A DNA stretch of 64,000 nucleotides. Origin: Neophaeotheca triangularis (Eukaryota). Position 1 is the first letter of the stretch. Each line of letters begins with the position of its first letter. Shown here piece after piece: positions 1 through 12,538 of the stretch. Both the position numbers and the translations under genes were made by a program. Below the pieces are notes generated by a model. It worked only from the letters and a program-made list of their open reading frames with translations. It was not told the origin of the DNA and did not search any database. Location: contig BAAIJX010000021.1 of NCBI GenBank assembly GCA_054600435.1, positions 1 through 64,000 on the forward strand, given 5' to 3'.

Positions 1-156
<156 letters not shown>

Positions 157-465
157 CCCTTCCTACAAGTGTAGGTAATCGCTCTTGATGGAATGAAAGG
201 TATGCATGTACTGAGTACCTAATCTGTCTGTCCGCAACGCAACGTACCTGAAGCGTCAGACACTTTTGCCGCTTACCTATAGTATACCTTACACACCTCT
301 TGCGTAAGCCAAGTGATTTTTGCGGCTTTCTGGGACAAGTTTGGGTCATATGTGTTTTTTTGTTGGCGAGCGTTGGGGACCAGACGATTCACTTTATTGC
401 GGTGTTGGGGGAAGATGGGGCGGGGGTATTTGTTGGGCGCGGCTTGTTACTGGCTGTGAGGGGGA

Positions 466-480
466 TGTGTGTGTAGGTGT

Positions 481-540
<60 letters not shown>

Positions 541-548
541 CTGTGTGT
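466..548. repeat. (GT)n dinucleotide microsatellite
   Basis: Pure TG run at about 486-538 with imperfect flanks. Confidence 0.95.
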
Positions 549-1309
549 AGGTACGTATTGTAGGTTCGAGAGCCTGTGTAAAGTGCAGTAGTCGTGGAAG
601 TTTGTAAGCGAGTAATGAGGTAACGTTATAGCCTGGGAAGAGGAGCTATAGCCTGCAGTAGAGTCTTCCTGTTAAAGTAGCTGCCGCGCTAATGCGTATA
701 CCCAGCTCACGGTAGTACTTACTTGGTCGAGGGAGGCATATGCGGGCCTGGTAAGAGGTGGAACAATAGTATCATTATAGTAGGACAGACTAGGATGTAA
801 ATCGGGCATCTTGGCCGGTGTTTATGTTATTATTATTGCCGTCTCTTAGTTCTATAGGCTAAATTCCACGCGCAGTAGTGCTGGTCTACTCTAACCTCGA
901 GCATCGTATCCTCGCCGATCAGAACGCTCGCCGTTCGAGCTCAAAGCGAAGTGATTGAGAAAAGAAAGATAATTAAGCTAAAACAGGTAGGTAGGCAGTG
1001 GGTGTCGCGACTTTTGTCTGCCTCCCCCTCCACCACCCAAAACGACACAAAAAAGAACGCCGGACCCAGAAGTGGTGCTGTCCCCACATTTTCGCTCGTG
1101 ACGCTGAAGAAAGTGGAGGATGGCAAGCTGGTGGTTGAAGCAAAGTCAAAATTCGTAATCGGAAAATCCGAGGACGCGGCGCGCCGGCCGGTGGGACAAC
1201 GCGCATGAGTCGAGGTGGTTCTGGTGACAAAACTCTGAGATTGTAAGTGACCCACAATCGTCACGACGTCGTTGGCGCGGCGAGTGCCGGGCATTCGTTG
1301 TCATCAATC

Positions 1310-2614
1310 TCATGAAACGACGGGGTTTTGCGCCGTCTTGTTGGTCTTGTTGGTCTCCGGCAGGGTGAGCGCGTTCCACGTGTCGCGGGCGCATTCCGTA
1401 ACGGTTCTTTCTGCTCGCCAGTTGAGCTCGGATTCGGCGCGGTGTGTGGCGGCGACGCAGGACCCGACGTCGCCCTCCCTGCGCGGCGCTCTGACGGCGG
1501 GTACGCTGAGCTGCGAGGCCTGCTCAAAGCTGCTGACGACTTCGGCGACCGTCATGCCCTTGCCCGTACCCAGGTTGTAGGAGCGGAAGGCCTCGCGGTC
1601 GTTGTCGACGGCGGCCGAGACGGCGCGGATGTGGCCTTTGGCGAGGTCGACGACGTGGATGAAGTCGCGCACGGCGGTGCCGTCGCGCGTGTCCCAGTCG
1701 GAGCCGAAGATTTCGAGTACTGGCTTCTTGCCTTGGACGACCGAGGCGACGACGGGGAAGAGATTGGTGGGTTTCTGGCGCGGGTCTTCGCGCAGGATAC
1801 CCGAAGGGTGGCAGCCGACGGGGTTGAAGTAGCGCAGGGCGGTGATGCGCATGCTGGGGTCGGCTTTGGCTACGTCGGCGAGGATGGCTTCGGCCATGTA
1901 TTTTGTTCGTCCGTAGGGGCAGGTGAGTCCGAGAGAACCATTGAGCCTGGTGCTGGGTTGCCCGTTCTCATCCGTGGCCTCTTCGTCAAAGTGGACCAAG
2001 TCGTCTTCTTTGAGGGGCTTGCCTTCGTTTGATTTGGCGCCGTAGACTGTTGCCGAAGAAGAGAAGACAAAGTTCTTGATGCCAAAGTCCTGCAGGGTTA
2101 CAAGAAGTTCGATCAATCCGCAGATGTTATTTTGGTAGTATGCCAGTGGACGCTCGATCGATTCCGCGACGGACTTGAAAGCCGCAAAGTGGATGACGGC
2201 TGAGATGCGTGATTGCGCATTGCTGTACCTCAGAAAGAGCTGGCGCATGGCTGGACTCCTGTAGTCGAGCTTGTGCAGGCGGACGGTGGGCATCATGGTT
2301 CCATGACACCGGTGGTGCTCCTTGGCTAGTTGTCTGACGCGGGAAAGGACCTCTTCGTAGCAATTGCTCAAGTCATCGACGACAACCACATTCCGGCCTT
2401 CTTGGAGTAGCTCGAGCGTGGTATGCGAGCCAATATACCCGAGTCCGCCAACGACCATAACGTAGTCTTTGCCATCGTATGAAGGCAGGTACTCGTCTTC
2501 TTGCGAAAAGTAGGATTCATCTCTGGAGTTACTGAGCTCGGGGCTTGATGGCCTCGACTCTGAGCCTAGCGATAGTGTAGACGAAGAGTGCCTTGAACGG
2601 ATGGAGTGAGGCAT
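1310..2614 (-). CDS. uge3: UDP-glucose/UDP-GlcNAc 4-epimerase (GalE family, Uge3-like), single exon
   Basis: First ATG is at 2614 (the track start at 2647 is TTG). GGLGYIGSHT Rossmann motif, IHFAAFKSVAES, FSSSATVYG, YGRTK (YxxxK), LRYFNPVG, DGTAVRDFIHVVDLA. Ser-rich N-terminal extension. Neighbours are GH114 and Agd3 genes. Confidence 0.9.
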   Translation of the reverse strand: MPHSIRSRHSSSTLSLGSESRPSSPELSNSRDESYFSQEDEYLPSYDGKDYVMVVGGLGYIGSHTTLELLQEGRNVVVVDDLSNCYEEVLSRVRQLAKEHHRCHGTMMPTVRLHKLDYRSPAMRQLFLRYSNAQSRISAVIHFAAFKSVAESIERPLAYYQNNICGLIELLVTLQDFGIKNFVFSSSATVYGAKSNEGKPLKEDDLVHFDEEATDENGQPSTRLNGSLGLTCPYGRTKYMAEAILADVAKADPSMRITALRYFNPVGCHPSGILREDPRQKPTNLFPVVASVVQGKKPVLEIFGSDWDTRDGTAVRDFIHVVDLAKGHIRAVSAAVDNDREAFRSYNLGTGKGMTVAEVVSSFEQASQLSVPAVRAPRREGDVGSCVAATHRAESELNWRAERTVTECARDTWNALTLPETNKTNKTAQNPVVS

Positions 2615-4776
2615 CTTGAGATGATAGGAACGATCGACGACAGACAATGAACGAAAGGTGTGTAGTTGGAGAGACTGTAGATGGTGACTTGCCAGAGAAA
2701 GAAGCCTCCCGCAAAAGGGACGGGCTAGGTACTGCTTTTAATTGATTTACATTACAGGGCACGAGGCTAGAATGCTTGATCGATACCGGCCGATGTTGAC
2801 CGGGCAGAATCATGATACCGCGGTGCCTGGTGGAAGCAGGGGCCAGAGCACGAGATGCCCATTCAGTCCGCGACCAGCCAGAAACAGGCGTTGGGTCTCG
2901 CGAGAGACCAGAAACGACCAGCGGGCTGTTCTCTGACGGCTACGGTAGACCGTGCGAGCCTACTGCCCTAAGTCCCTCCAACCTCTGGCACCGCGTTTGA
3001 ACTCTATTAGGGAATCTCGCCAAGCGCTCGGGCACGATGATGTTCGTCGATGAGGTCTCAGCTCGGGACCTAACCCCGAGAATGACGGAGCCCGGCGAAC
3101 CCGCCAGTCTGCAACGATGGATTTTTGTGTTGAAATTTGGTGGCATCCTTCCGGCAGTCGGTAGATACATACGTGGGTTGGGCGCACTTGTGGCACTTGT
3201 CTATTGAGCTTGATACCTCTGATGGTGTAGCGAGAACCTCGTTTGACGAGTCCCTTGCCGAGCCGTTGAAGGAGCACTGAAACCATGGGCTTGGCCTACG
3301 ATATACGGTCCATGTCATTCCAGATTATGATTGTTCAAGGGACTCAAGGGAGGAAGATGCCGCCACGGTCAGTGGTAGTGGAGACACGGCACCACGGGAA
3401 ATTCTTGCGAGACGAAGACGCCCCCCCTGGTGTCCCAATATTCAAGTCGCTGCGAGACGAGACTAGGATCGTCGGGCCAATAGACGGTCGCCTATAGTTG
3501 AAGCCTGTATAATAGTAGAAGTTTGACGCTTGGCATCCTCAGCGTTTGCTCCAGCGTTTAAGCGTGAGCAAGGGGAGGCCAGTCAAGACGCAGACAAAGC
3601 ACTTGTTTGGCTACCTACCTTGCTTTCACCGTGGAAGCGGCCGGAAATAGAATATCATGCGACCAGGGGGCATGCATATGCCCGTTGTCGCGTCGTGGGT
3701 GGTCGCACGGCGGTAATAGTTAGTTAGTACCTATGTAGTGTAGTCTTTCCTTTAATATCTTCTGATTTCCAATCCACGTCAACCCGCGATTGGGGCTCGC
3801 TTCGGCTTCTCGAACACGAGGAATGCTCGTGCAAGGTTGAGATTTATTCTTGTAATGTCACTCTAAGTGTAACACGACAAGCAAGGCTCCCGTCTGTTTT
3901 GAGGTGGGAGAGTAATATGCATAAAGCGCCAGCTATGCATGCGACTAAACCTACAAGAAACTCTGATTTCCAAAACATTGGATCCATGGATCAGAGGTCG
4001 CGTGGCTGCTGCCAGAGTGACGATTTGTGAAGAAAAAAGTAGTCAAGACCTCGGAAGGGGTGAAGTGGTCGAGAAAAGCTCGGGACAGACGGGACCTACC
4101 TAACCTCCAAGATCTGGATGTGACTTGACTCGCAAAGGCTACCAGGGGCCGTTTTACGACTTGCGTCAGCTAGGAGCCCTAGATGCGTGGTGACCTAAGG
4201 TAGGTACCTAGGTAGGTACCTAGTCTCCACCTGTTCATCCCGCGTACACGTTCGAGCCTAAAATACTAGCACGCAGTACTTCTGTACCTGCCACAGCCTG
4301 AATAGTAGTTAGTATAGGGGCCACAAGACTTCTGTCAGTGGTACAAGCGGCTTGTTAGCGGCCTGTCCATCTGCACGCTTGCGTCTCACCCGCAGCCTTG
4401 ATTCCATTTCACACCGCGCGTCTGGGCATCTGGGCACGTCTGGGCACTATCACTTTGTTTGGGCAAAACGCCGTCACTACTGCCCGCCGACCGACTGTGA
4501 AGATCCATGGGCTACAGGAGTATGTCAAGAAAAGGCTATATGCATCCAAATAACAGCTGTGCCTGCTCGTTGCCGGCAATTCCGGCCCTATGGCCTTGGT
4601 CTATGAGTCTAGAGCGAGCGGGCCATCGACAACACGAGTCTACATGCGGCGAGTAGGATGCGGAAGCGGAAAGAGGGCGGAAGAAGAATAATTTGACAAT
4701 ACTCGTCTGTGACAGCGCATACCTTCGTAGCAAAACAACAATCCTGAAAACGCCGACGTCTTTAGGATGCTGGTTG

Positions 4777-5884
4777 CTACTCAATCAAAACCGGCGTATT
4801 AGCAATCGTGCGATCGCAATACTCAACCCACCCTCCCAAATCCATGCCCTTGATCACCTTGCTGAAGCGCTCGCTACCTGCCGCATCGCCACTCGTAGAG
4901 CATATCTGTTCCGACACTTGCGAACTGACCCGTGCTGTACGTGACGAGGCCGCGCCCTCGGGGTATTCAATCTCGAACACGGGCTTGTCGTTCTCCATGA
5001 GCGGTGCAAAAGAGCTGCATTCGCCGTACTCGAAACATTGCTCGTTGACAACGAATTGCACCATTGGTTCTACTTCGGTCACGACCTCGGCGGCGTTTTT
5101 GAGTCCGATTGCGAGGCCAACCGAGGCCGCCTCTTCTGAGAGGTATTTCATAAAGTCGATTGTGTCTTGTTGGGTCAGACCGAGGCCATTCTCATTGTTC
5201 TGGGATATTGTCAGTACCTTCGTTTACTGTGAGAGAGGTAAGAGCACTCACGTAGCCATCCACGTTGTCGGGATCAACAGCGTCGCAGCCCTTATCCTGT
5301 GCTAAAGCGATCCTCTTGGCCATGATGCTTCTCACATTTTTGCTGTTGAGATCCAGCCATTTCTCGTCCTCCCATCCGTCCATAGTCTTTCCCATGTCGC
5401 TCGACTTGAAGTCCGAGGAATCTGGGCGGTATGGCTCGTAGGATCCGGCAGCAAAGTAGCATATCACCCGCTTTCCGAGTCTGTGCAGGGTATCAATCGT
5501 GGACTTGTCGTTGGTGAAGAGATCAATGTCGAAAACATCCACATCTGGCTCGATTGATGTTGCATCTTCGCTCAACTCGATGGGATCATGCAACACAATC
5601 TGCCACGAACTTCCTACTTCTGGCTGCCAAACTTCGCCAGACCCCGTTGGAAGGGGTATTGATGTGCTAGTGGGGCTGGAATCAGACTCGTCGTCTTTCC
5701 CAACAGTCAGTCCAACTCCAAGGCCGACTGCTAAACCGATGATGACGAGAGCTGCAACGACGCCCGCAATGATGATGGCCCTCCGTGAGAAATGTCGGGG
5801 GTTGCTTTGTGCCTGCCATTCCGTGATTTTGGCGGATTCCTTGGTCGGGCCATGGCCGTCACGGCTCGAAGACGAACTGCCCAT
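4777..5884 (-). CDS. ega3: GH114 endo-alpha-1,4-galactosaminidase (Ega3-like), type II membrane protein; exons 5884-5252 and 5199-4777, about 351 aa
   Basis: N-terminal TM helix; WQPEVGSSWQIVL, DIDLF, VICYFAAGSYE. A 52-nt intron (5251-5200, GTGAGT..CTGAC..CAG) joins DPDNVDGY to NNENGLGLT in frame. Then GLKNA, VNEQC and KPVFEIEY. Confidence 0.9.
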
Positions 5885-7475
5885 GGTCGGCTTCTTCCGA
5901 GTGAAAGCCTTGGTGGTGACGGTGAAAGTCTCTGTTGGGCGGTTACGAGTAGCTCTATAACTCGTCTGCTATCCCTCTCCAGATGAGTCTCTAGAGGCCC
6001 AGGCCGCCTCTAATCGTCTCTGCAAAAATCCCGATCCTATTCTCGCTTCCAGCTGGCAGGGCTCTTGGGCCGGGATGACACCACGATACAGGTAACGACA
6101 CCTTTCGGTAACAACAGAGTCCTTAGAGTAATTCTTGCTGCTGCTTCTCGAAGAACAATACGCAGATCAAAGAGTGCTTGTGCTACCGCCGAGCTTTCTC
6201 TGGGAGCGTTTCGATGTGCAAGCCGTCCGTGCCTGCATCAAGTGGCGTTGTATGCCATCGATTGTGCCGTAAATATTCAAAGAAGACTTGCGCCGCTCGG
6301 ATGCTAGTAGACAGGTTCCCTACCTTGGTATGAAAGGACTTCTTGTTGACTCGTATCGACTATCGATCTCGTAGCGGTGCTTGGGCAAGCACAGGGGCTG
6401 TAGCAAGCATAGCCTCAAAGCTGCCAACCCTTTCTGGACAAAACGCCACGTGACGCCTGGCTGCATGCCACGATCGCTATCTTTAGAAGAAGAAGAGAAA
6501 AGAGGTACCCTCACTACTACTACACTGTCTGTCTGTGGTTGTAAACAACCGTGGACTACCTGAGGAGGTACCAGTAGGCGACAAGGTGTGAAGAGGAGGA
6601 CACCGACTCCCGAGGCTCTACTGAGACAAGGTTATGCTTGTCCATTGTGCAGAGCACGTGGATCCATCCTCTTTTAGCGGGCGGCCACTACCTTACTGGT
6701 GGCTACTAGTACCTAATTGATATTAGCGAGAAAGTCAAGTCCCACGTCCTACTAGACCTCAGGGTCCAAGTCTAAGAAAATCTATCTATACAGTACCCTA
6801 CCAAGGAGGTAGTGCCATGACCTGCAAATTCATGCTTAGACTACTTCGTGACTACTCTATTTAGATCACCATCGTCGAACCACACACCTCTTTTTTCGCC
6901 TAATACTGACGCCTCGACCAGCCGGACCCTCGCCGTACCACCCAGCGCATCCTCCACACCACCACCTGTAGCCAAGTGTTGATCCGGCACGACTCGCTTC
7001 CGCCGGACCTTGCTTTCGCTGAAACAGGAAGCGAGGGTTTGGCATGGGTCCTAATCCTTCTTCCTCAACATTGCTCTACGGTAGTAGTGATTTTTGACCC
7101 CTTTCCCATCCGTAATCGATCATGGATCCTGGAAAGACACTCCTTCCAAAGCATGGCGCGCTCGTGTTCGGCTAAGTGTCGATGCTTTTGTGCTCAGGGG
7201 GACACCATGAATGACTGCGATTGGCTCCAGAGTTTTCGTGCCACGGTGCCATGCACTTCTCCAAAGGAACTGGTCTCCATTATTGATCAAACGGTTGGCC
7301 AGGCTTCCCAGTATCCCTTTCCCCTTCGACGTGGTTGTAGACCAGCCGTTGGAGGTTGATTTTTTTATATGTCCCTCTTCATGTCACTTCGGTAAGGCTG
7401 TGGACGCTTTTCGTTCTTTGTCGCTCTGCATAAACTCGTTTTTTTACTGCACATCTCCTTACCATCTTCCGAGCC

Positions 7476-9692
7476 ATGTTCTCGAAAACGCTTGCAGGCG
7501 GCTGCATTGCCCTTTTGGCTGGCCTGGCAAGCTGTCAGAACACTGCCGAGACTGTCACAATTACCACTACTGTATCCGGTTCCAGCGAAACAGTTTGGGC
7601 TTGTACTCCAGCCGCCGACAGCCCTACCAGCACATCTGCTGACGTGCCGACTGCCACAGCTAATGGGCCAGTCGGTGGACAGACCGTCGATCAGACAATC
7701 CTTATATTCGCCCGTGATGAGGCTGGTGCTCGCAATGCGTACTTTGGCCTAGAAGGCTACGGTATCCCATACGAAGTCAACCTCGTTCCCCAAGAAGGCA
7801 CTGAGCTCCCTGCTTTGGCTTCGTCATCCAACAGTGGCAACTATGGCGGTATCATGATCATGTCCGAAGTCGGCTACGATTACGATGGCACCTGGCGCAG
7901 CGCCCTTACAGATGACCAGATGGAGACTCTTTACAACTACCAAACTTCCTTCGGTGTGCGTATGGTCCGCATTGACGTCTACCCCCAACCGGCCTATGGT
8001 ACGGAGACAGCGATCGCCTCCACTGGGTGCTGTGATAGTGGCGTCGAGCAAATGGTCAGCTTCACCAACGACACCGGCTTTGCAACTGCCAACTTGAAAA
8101 TGGATGCCGGAGTAACTCAGGTCGACATGTGGCATTACCCGGCTCGTATCACCTACCCTCAGAACACATGGGAAATCGCCAAGTTCGCGCCCGACGCAAA
8201 CGGCCAATTCTCTGATGACACAGTTGCCGCTGTTATCAACGAATGGGACGGCCGCCAGCAGATGGTCTGGTTCACGTCGTGGGCTGTCGAATGGAGTGTG
8301 ACCTCCAACTACCTGCAACACGCTCATATCCACTGGATGACTCGGGGTCTGTTCCTTGGGGCTCGCAAGGTCTACCTCAACGCTCAAGTCGACGATATGC
8401 ACCTCAACACCGATCTCTACCTCCCACAAGGCGCAACCTTCCGTCTCCGCCCCGAAGATATGGACGCCCACCTTAGCTGGCAACAAGACCTTAACAGACG
8501 TATGCCAGAGGGCTCCAGGTTTTTCTTGGACATCGCCCACAATGGTAATGGAGACATCATCTACTCGACCATCAACGACACCAGCGGCCTTTGTGATCCC
8601 GAAAATGCCATTTACTACCCTGGCAGAGAGGACCCGCCTCTGGAATTCCAGAAGCCTCTTGGTACTGGTAATGATCAGTGGCCCGTGACTCCAACTGAGT
8701 ACACCTGGACGATTGCTTGCGCAAGGATCGACGATTTGGCTACCTGGTTCATGGACAGCAACAACCGCGATGCTTTCGGTCATCTCAGCCATACCTTCAC
8801 CCATTTGAACCTGAACAACGTCACCTACTCCGATGCCGACAAGGAAATCTTCTTCAACCAAGCCTGGGAAAGGCAGGTCGGAATCGCTGATGCGCCCGAG
8901 TTTTCCGCCAACGGTCTGGTGCCACCTGCCATTACCGGTCTCCACAACGGTGACGCCATCCGGGCCTTCATTGAAAACGGCATCACCAACGTTGTTGGTG
9001 ACAATAGCCGTTCCAACCTCGTCAACCAGCAGTTCAGGTACTGGCCATACATCAGCACCGTCGAGAACAACGGCTACGAGGGTCTCAACATCATGCCGCG
9101 CTGGCCAACAGCCATCTACTACAACTGCGATCTGCCAGAGTGCACGACTCAAGAATGGATCGACACGTCTGGCGGCAGCGGCGACTTCCAGAACCTGCTC
9201 GCCTACGAGCGCCGCACCACAGCCCGCTACCTGTTCCAGCTCCGCCACGACCCCTACATGTTCCACCAGGCCAACTTGCGCCAAGCCGACGTCGAGAGCC
9301 TCACCATCGGCGACCAAAGCGGCCAAATGTCGCTCATCCAAGCCTGGTCGGAGACGGTGGTGCAGGAAATGACCCGCCTCACCAACTGGCCCCTCATCAC
9401 CCTCAAGCACGACGACATTGCGCAAGAGTTCCTCAACCGCATGGCCCGCGACAACTGCAACCCGGAGCTGTCGTACCGGTACTCGGACGACGGCCGCTCC
9501 ATCACCGGCGTCACCGTCACCGCCGACGGCAACTCTTGCTCCGCTCCCATTCCCGTCACTTTCCCCGGCCAAGCCAGCACTGGCGGCGATTCGAGGACTG
9601 ACCAAGTCGGCTCCGAGCCTCCGATCCAGTGGGTCTCGCTCAACGGCTCGCCCGTAAGCTTCTCCCTGGCGACGCCCGTGGCGGCAAACTAA
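7476..9692 (+). CDS. agd3: Secreted galactosaminogalactan deacetylase (Agd3-like, CE18), 738 aa
   Basis: Signal peptide and Thr/Ser-rich linker; GLEGYGIPY, FGVRMVRIDVYP; catalytic-type QVDDMHL and metal-binding SHTFTH; PPAITGLHNGDA, PRWPT, PYMFHQANLR. Confidence 0.9.
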   Translation: MFSKTLAGGCIALLAGLASCQNTAETVTITTTVSGSSETVWACTPAADSPTSTSADVPTATANGPVGGQTVDQTILIFARDEAGARNAYFGLEGYGIPYEVNLVPQEGTELPALASSSNSGNYGGIMIMSEVGYDYDGTWRSALTDDQMETLYNYQTSFGVRMVRIDVYPQPAYGTETAIASTGCCDSGVEQMVSFTNDTGFATANLKMDAGVTQVDMWHYPARITYPQNTWEIAKFAPDANGQFSDDTVAAVINEWDGRQQMVWFTSWAVEWSVTSNYLQHAHIHWMTRGLFLGARKVYLNAQVDDMHLNTDLYLPQGATFRLRPEDMDAHLSWQQDLNRRMPEGSRFFLDIAHNGNGDIIYSTINDTSGLCDPENAIYYPGREDPPLEFQKPLGTGNDQWPVTPTEYTWTIACARIDDLATWFMDSNNRDAFGHLSHTFTHLNLNNVTYSDADKEIFFNQAWERQVGIADAPEFSANGLVPPAITGLHNGDAIRAFIENGITNVVGDNSRSNLVNQQFRYWPYISTVENNGYEGLNIMPRWPTAIYYNCDLPECTTQEWIDTSGGSGDFQNLLAYERRTTARYLFQLRHDPYMFHQANLRQADVESLTIGDQSGQMSLIQAWSETVVQEMTRLTNWPLITLKHDDIAQEFLNRMARDNCNPELSYRYSDDGRSITGVTVTADGNSCSAPIPVTFPGQASTGGDSRTDQVGSEPPIQWVSLNGSPVSFSLATPVAAN

Positions 9693-10658
9693 GCGTTGGG
9701 AGTACTTTGCATTTGAGGAGTTTGCATGTAATGAGGCATGAGTAGAGGGGACGAGTATACCACAAAAGTCGGAACCGCGGGCAGCGGGTTTTCTTTTACA
9801 ATTTCGTAGTTTCTTACCGATCGAATGCCTAATTGGAAAGGCTTAGGGGATGTAGCATTAATAACATACCTATCTCGGTAAACTTTTACAGTTCAGTACT
9901 GTTTGCTCCTTCGATGTCGTTGCCATTTAGATGTTTGCATTGTTCTGAAGGCTCGGTTATGCAGTGCCAGTCAGTCGAGTAGGTCTTTGGGGTGAGGGTT
10001 TGGGTAAGAGACACATCGTTGCACCTCTTCCAAGATACCTACCCTCATCTGCCAGCTGTCTGATTGTCTTATGAAGGTTGCAGGCTACATGGGACAAGGC
10101 CTTCCTTTTGATCGCGTTAATGACCGGCCTTGTGAAAAGCTTCAAACATTGATGGCGCTGATACAACTTATGAATCTCCAAGGATTTTGGGTTGCGTGTC
10201 GAGACAGCACGATCATTGTGTTATAGACGGCTTCTTTGAAAGAAGTAAAGTCAAGTCAATGAGACCTCAAACAACAATTATGTTTCTTGAGGCTTTATTG
10301 GAGAAAGGAAGATTTTAAAGGGCGCCTTGTACCAGATGCCCAGGAGACGCGATATCACGTGTCAAGAACGGCTTAGTAATTGGTGCAGCCTGGACATGAC
10401 CTCGGGAGGCCATTGGAAATCTCCATGACGCGGACGACGCGCTGCAACTTCACTTCACAAGCGGGAGGGAAGAAAACACAGAAAACTCCATTTTGCTTGC
10501 TTGCTATGCTTTGGTGCCTTGACCTGTACCAATCGACAAGCACTCGGTACAAATCGCATCCCCGCCATTCCCTGGGAGTACTCACATTGCTACCGTTGCA
10601 GAGAATATGATAAGCGCAACAAAACCGCAGTCCAGCAAGATTTTCCAAGATACTGAAG

Positions 10659-12239
10659 ATGGATGAACACCTCGCCAAGATTGTCCAAGACTATTGCCCT
10701 CCCCTGGACGAGGCACTGGTCTTTGCGATTGCCCCGGATTTTGACTTGAACAACGAAAATGGCTTGAAGGAAGTACGATCAATCCTCGACTCGCTAAAGG
10801 CGGATGCGGAGATCGAGGAAGCTGCTGGTTTCGACCCATCAGGCTCGGCCACTGGGCAAAGCGGCTCACCTGCCCGCGAAGAGGATGGCAGCCCGAGTAG
10901 TTTGGCCGACGGTGTGTCGAGCCTTAGCCTGTCCACCGATGAGCCTGTGGGACACGACGTTATGGGCGGAACCGAAGCAGTAGACGCGCTGCCACTCGAG
11001 ACCAAGGCTGAAGTGCTTCACAGCGTTCTCGAAGGTCGTATCAGTCTTCAGAACATCTCATATACCTTGCGGAAAAGCGACGGCAATTTCAATCGAGCCC
11101 TCGAGGAATTGCTCAACCACGTCTACCTCGCTGAAAGTGTCGACGAGGAAGACGGCAGCAAGGCTCCAACCAAAGGCATTGATGCTTTTTTCGAGGAGCA
11201 CTCGGGACAGCGCAGCCGCAAAGGTAGGAAAAGAAACCGTCGCGGTCGAACCGATTTTTCCAATTCCTCTCCGGATTCCGAAAGCCCAGCCCCTCCTACC
11301 AATCGCTGGAAGACTGCACCCGAAGACATCGCCTTCATCTCGGACAAGAGCGGCATCGCTGTCAAGGAAGTTAGCTCTATGTATCACGAGCAAGGCGCAT
11401 CAGTCTCCAAAACCATCGTTGCCCTGATCAAAGCCTCCATGGACATCACGAAGCATGTTATCACCGACGATGAAGACGTTCAGATCTACGCGCGAGAGCT
11501 CGGCCGAGAGTTTCCCACGGTCAAGCCTGAATATCTCACTGCGCTCATCCGCCTGACGTATCCCTCCTCCGCCCGGGCTCACGAGCTCGCCAAAGCCATG
11601 ACAGCGCCGCCCAAAACCACCACCACCAACAACGGCAGTCTCGACATTATCCCGCAGTACGCACCAGTAAACAACAGCTTGCTCGAAGGCACCGAAAGCT
11701 GGCAAACAGCCCCTGGAAGAAAGACACGCTCAACGGTATCCTCGCAATCACCAGTGCGCATGAACGACGGCGCTGTCGCAGAGGCTAGGAGACTTGCGAC
11801 GGCGGCGTACAATCAAGCCGGGATGTACCGGCGCAGAGCAGGACCGGATCGCCTGGCGGCGGGCTACTATTTCCAAGAAGGCCGCGAGCACCGCGAGCGT
11901 GGCTTCGCTGCTCTGTCAAGCAACGCCGACGCCATTGCGGCTGAGCAGTCTTCCGCTTCGCACGTCGATTTGCACGGTATCGACGTGCTGAACGCCGTGC
12001 GTATCGCTAAGCTGTATGTTGGAACTTGGTGGGCTGGGCTCGGGGAGAGCAGGGTCAATGGTAGACTTGGAGCTGCTGATAGGAGCGCTGGGTATGGAAT
12101 TGTGGTTGGCAAGGGGACCCACAGCGAGGGTGGAAAGGGCAAGCTTGGACCGGCGATCAGCAAGATGTTGAGGAACGAGGGATGGCGGTTTGAGAACAAT
12201 GGTGCCGTTTTGCTTGTCAAGGGCAAAGGAAGGGCTTAA
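10659..12239 (+). CDS. Smr-domain protein with CUE-like regions (Cue2-like endonuclease)
   Basis: C-terminal Smr motifs VDLHGIDV..A and IVVGKGTHSEGG..LGPAISKML..EGW. The preceding AAGYY..EGRE segment is DUF1771-like. Confidence 0.8.
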   Translation: MDEHLAKIVQDYCPPLDEALVFAIAPDFDLNNENGLKEVRSILDSLKADAEIEEAAGFDPSGSATGQSGSPAREEDGSPSSLADGVSSLSLSTDEPVGHDVMGGTEAVDALPLETKAEVLHSVLEGRISLQNISYTLRKSDGNFNRALEELLNHVYLAESVDEEDGSKAPTKGIDAFFEEHSGQRSRKGRKRNRRGRTDFSNSSPDSESPAPPTNRWKTAPEDIAFISDKSGIAVKEVSSMYHEQGASVSKTIVALIKASMDITKHVITDDEDVQIYARELGREFPTVKPEYLTALIRLTYPSSARAHELAKAMTAPPKTTTTNNGSLDIIPQYAPVNNSLLEGTESWQTAPGRKTRSTVSSQSPVRMNDGAVAEARRLATAAYNQAGMYRRRAGPDRLAAGYYFQEGREHRERGFAALSSNADAIAAEQSSASHVDLHGIDVLNAVRIAKLYVGTWWAGLGESRVNGRLGAADRSAGYGIVVGKGTHSEGGKGKLGPAISKMLRNEGWRFENNGAVLLVKGKGRA

Positions 12240-12538
12240 TGCTTAGGGGGCTCTAGCGCTTGGGACACGATTAACCGCAGCGCACCAACGCGTTTTCACA
12301 AAGTTAGGAACGACATGAGACGAAATGTGTATAAATAACGAACAAAATAATTTGCGGTCGCAGCAATGACAAGGCACGACAGTAGATGAAAAAAAGTAGA
12401 CGAAGCATGTGTGTAATCTAGCTACTAAGTTCTATGTCCAGCATAGCATAGCACTCCAACTCTCACACAAGGTAACTCTATCTTTGCTATCCGTCAACCA
12501 ACTCTTTCCATTCAGGAGCAATCTAAGCCGCCTTGCGC

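Noticed and set aside
320..550. 76-aa ORF ending in CVCVCV
   Set aside because: Translation of the (GT)n microsatellite with a non-ATG start.
2650..4770. Possible sph3 (spherulin-4) remnant between uge3 and ega3
   Set aside because: No PLYIYP- or NPxSGPG-type motifs in any listed ORF; only short, featureless ORFs.
7824..9605. 593-aa antisense ORF over agd3
   Set aside because: Shadow of C-ending codon bias on the sense strand; no recognisable domain.
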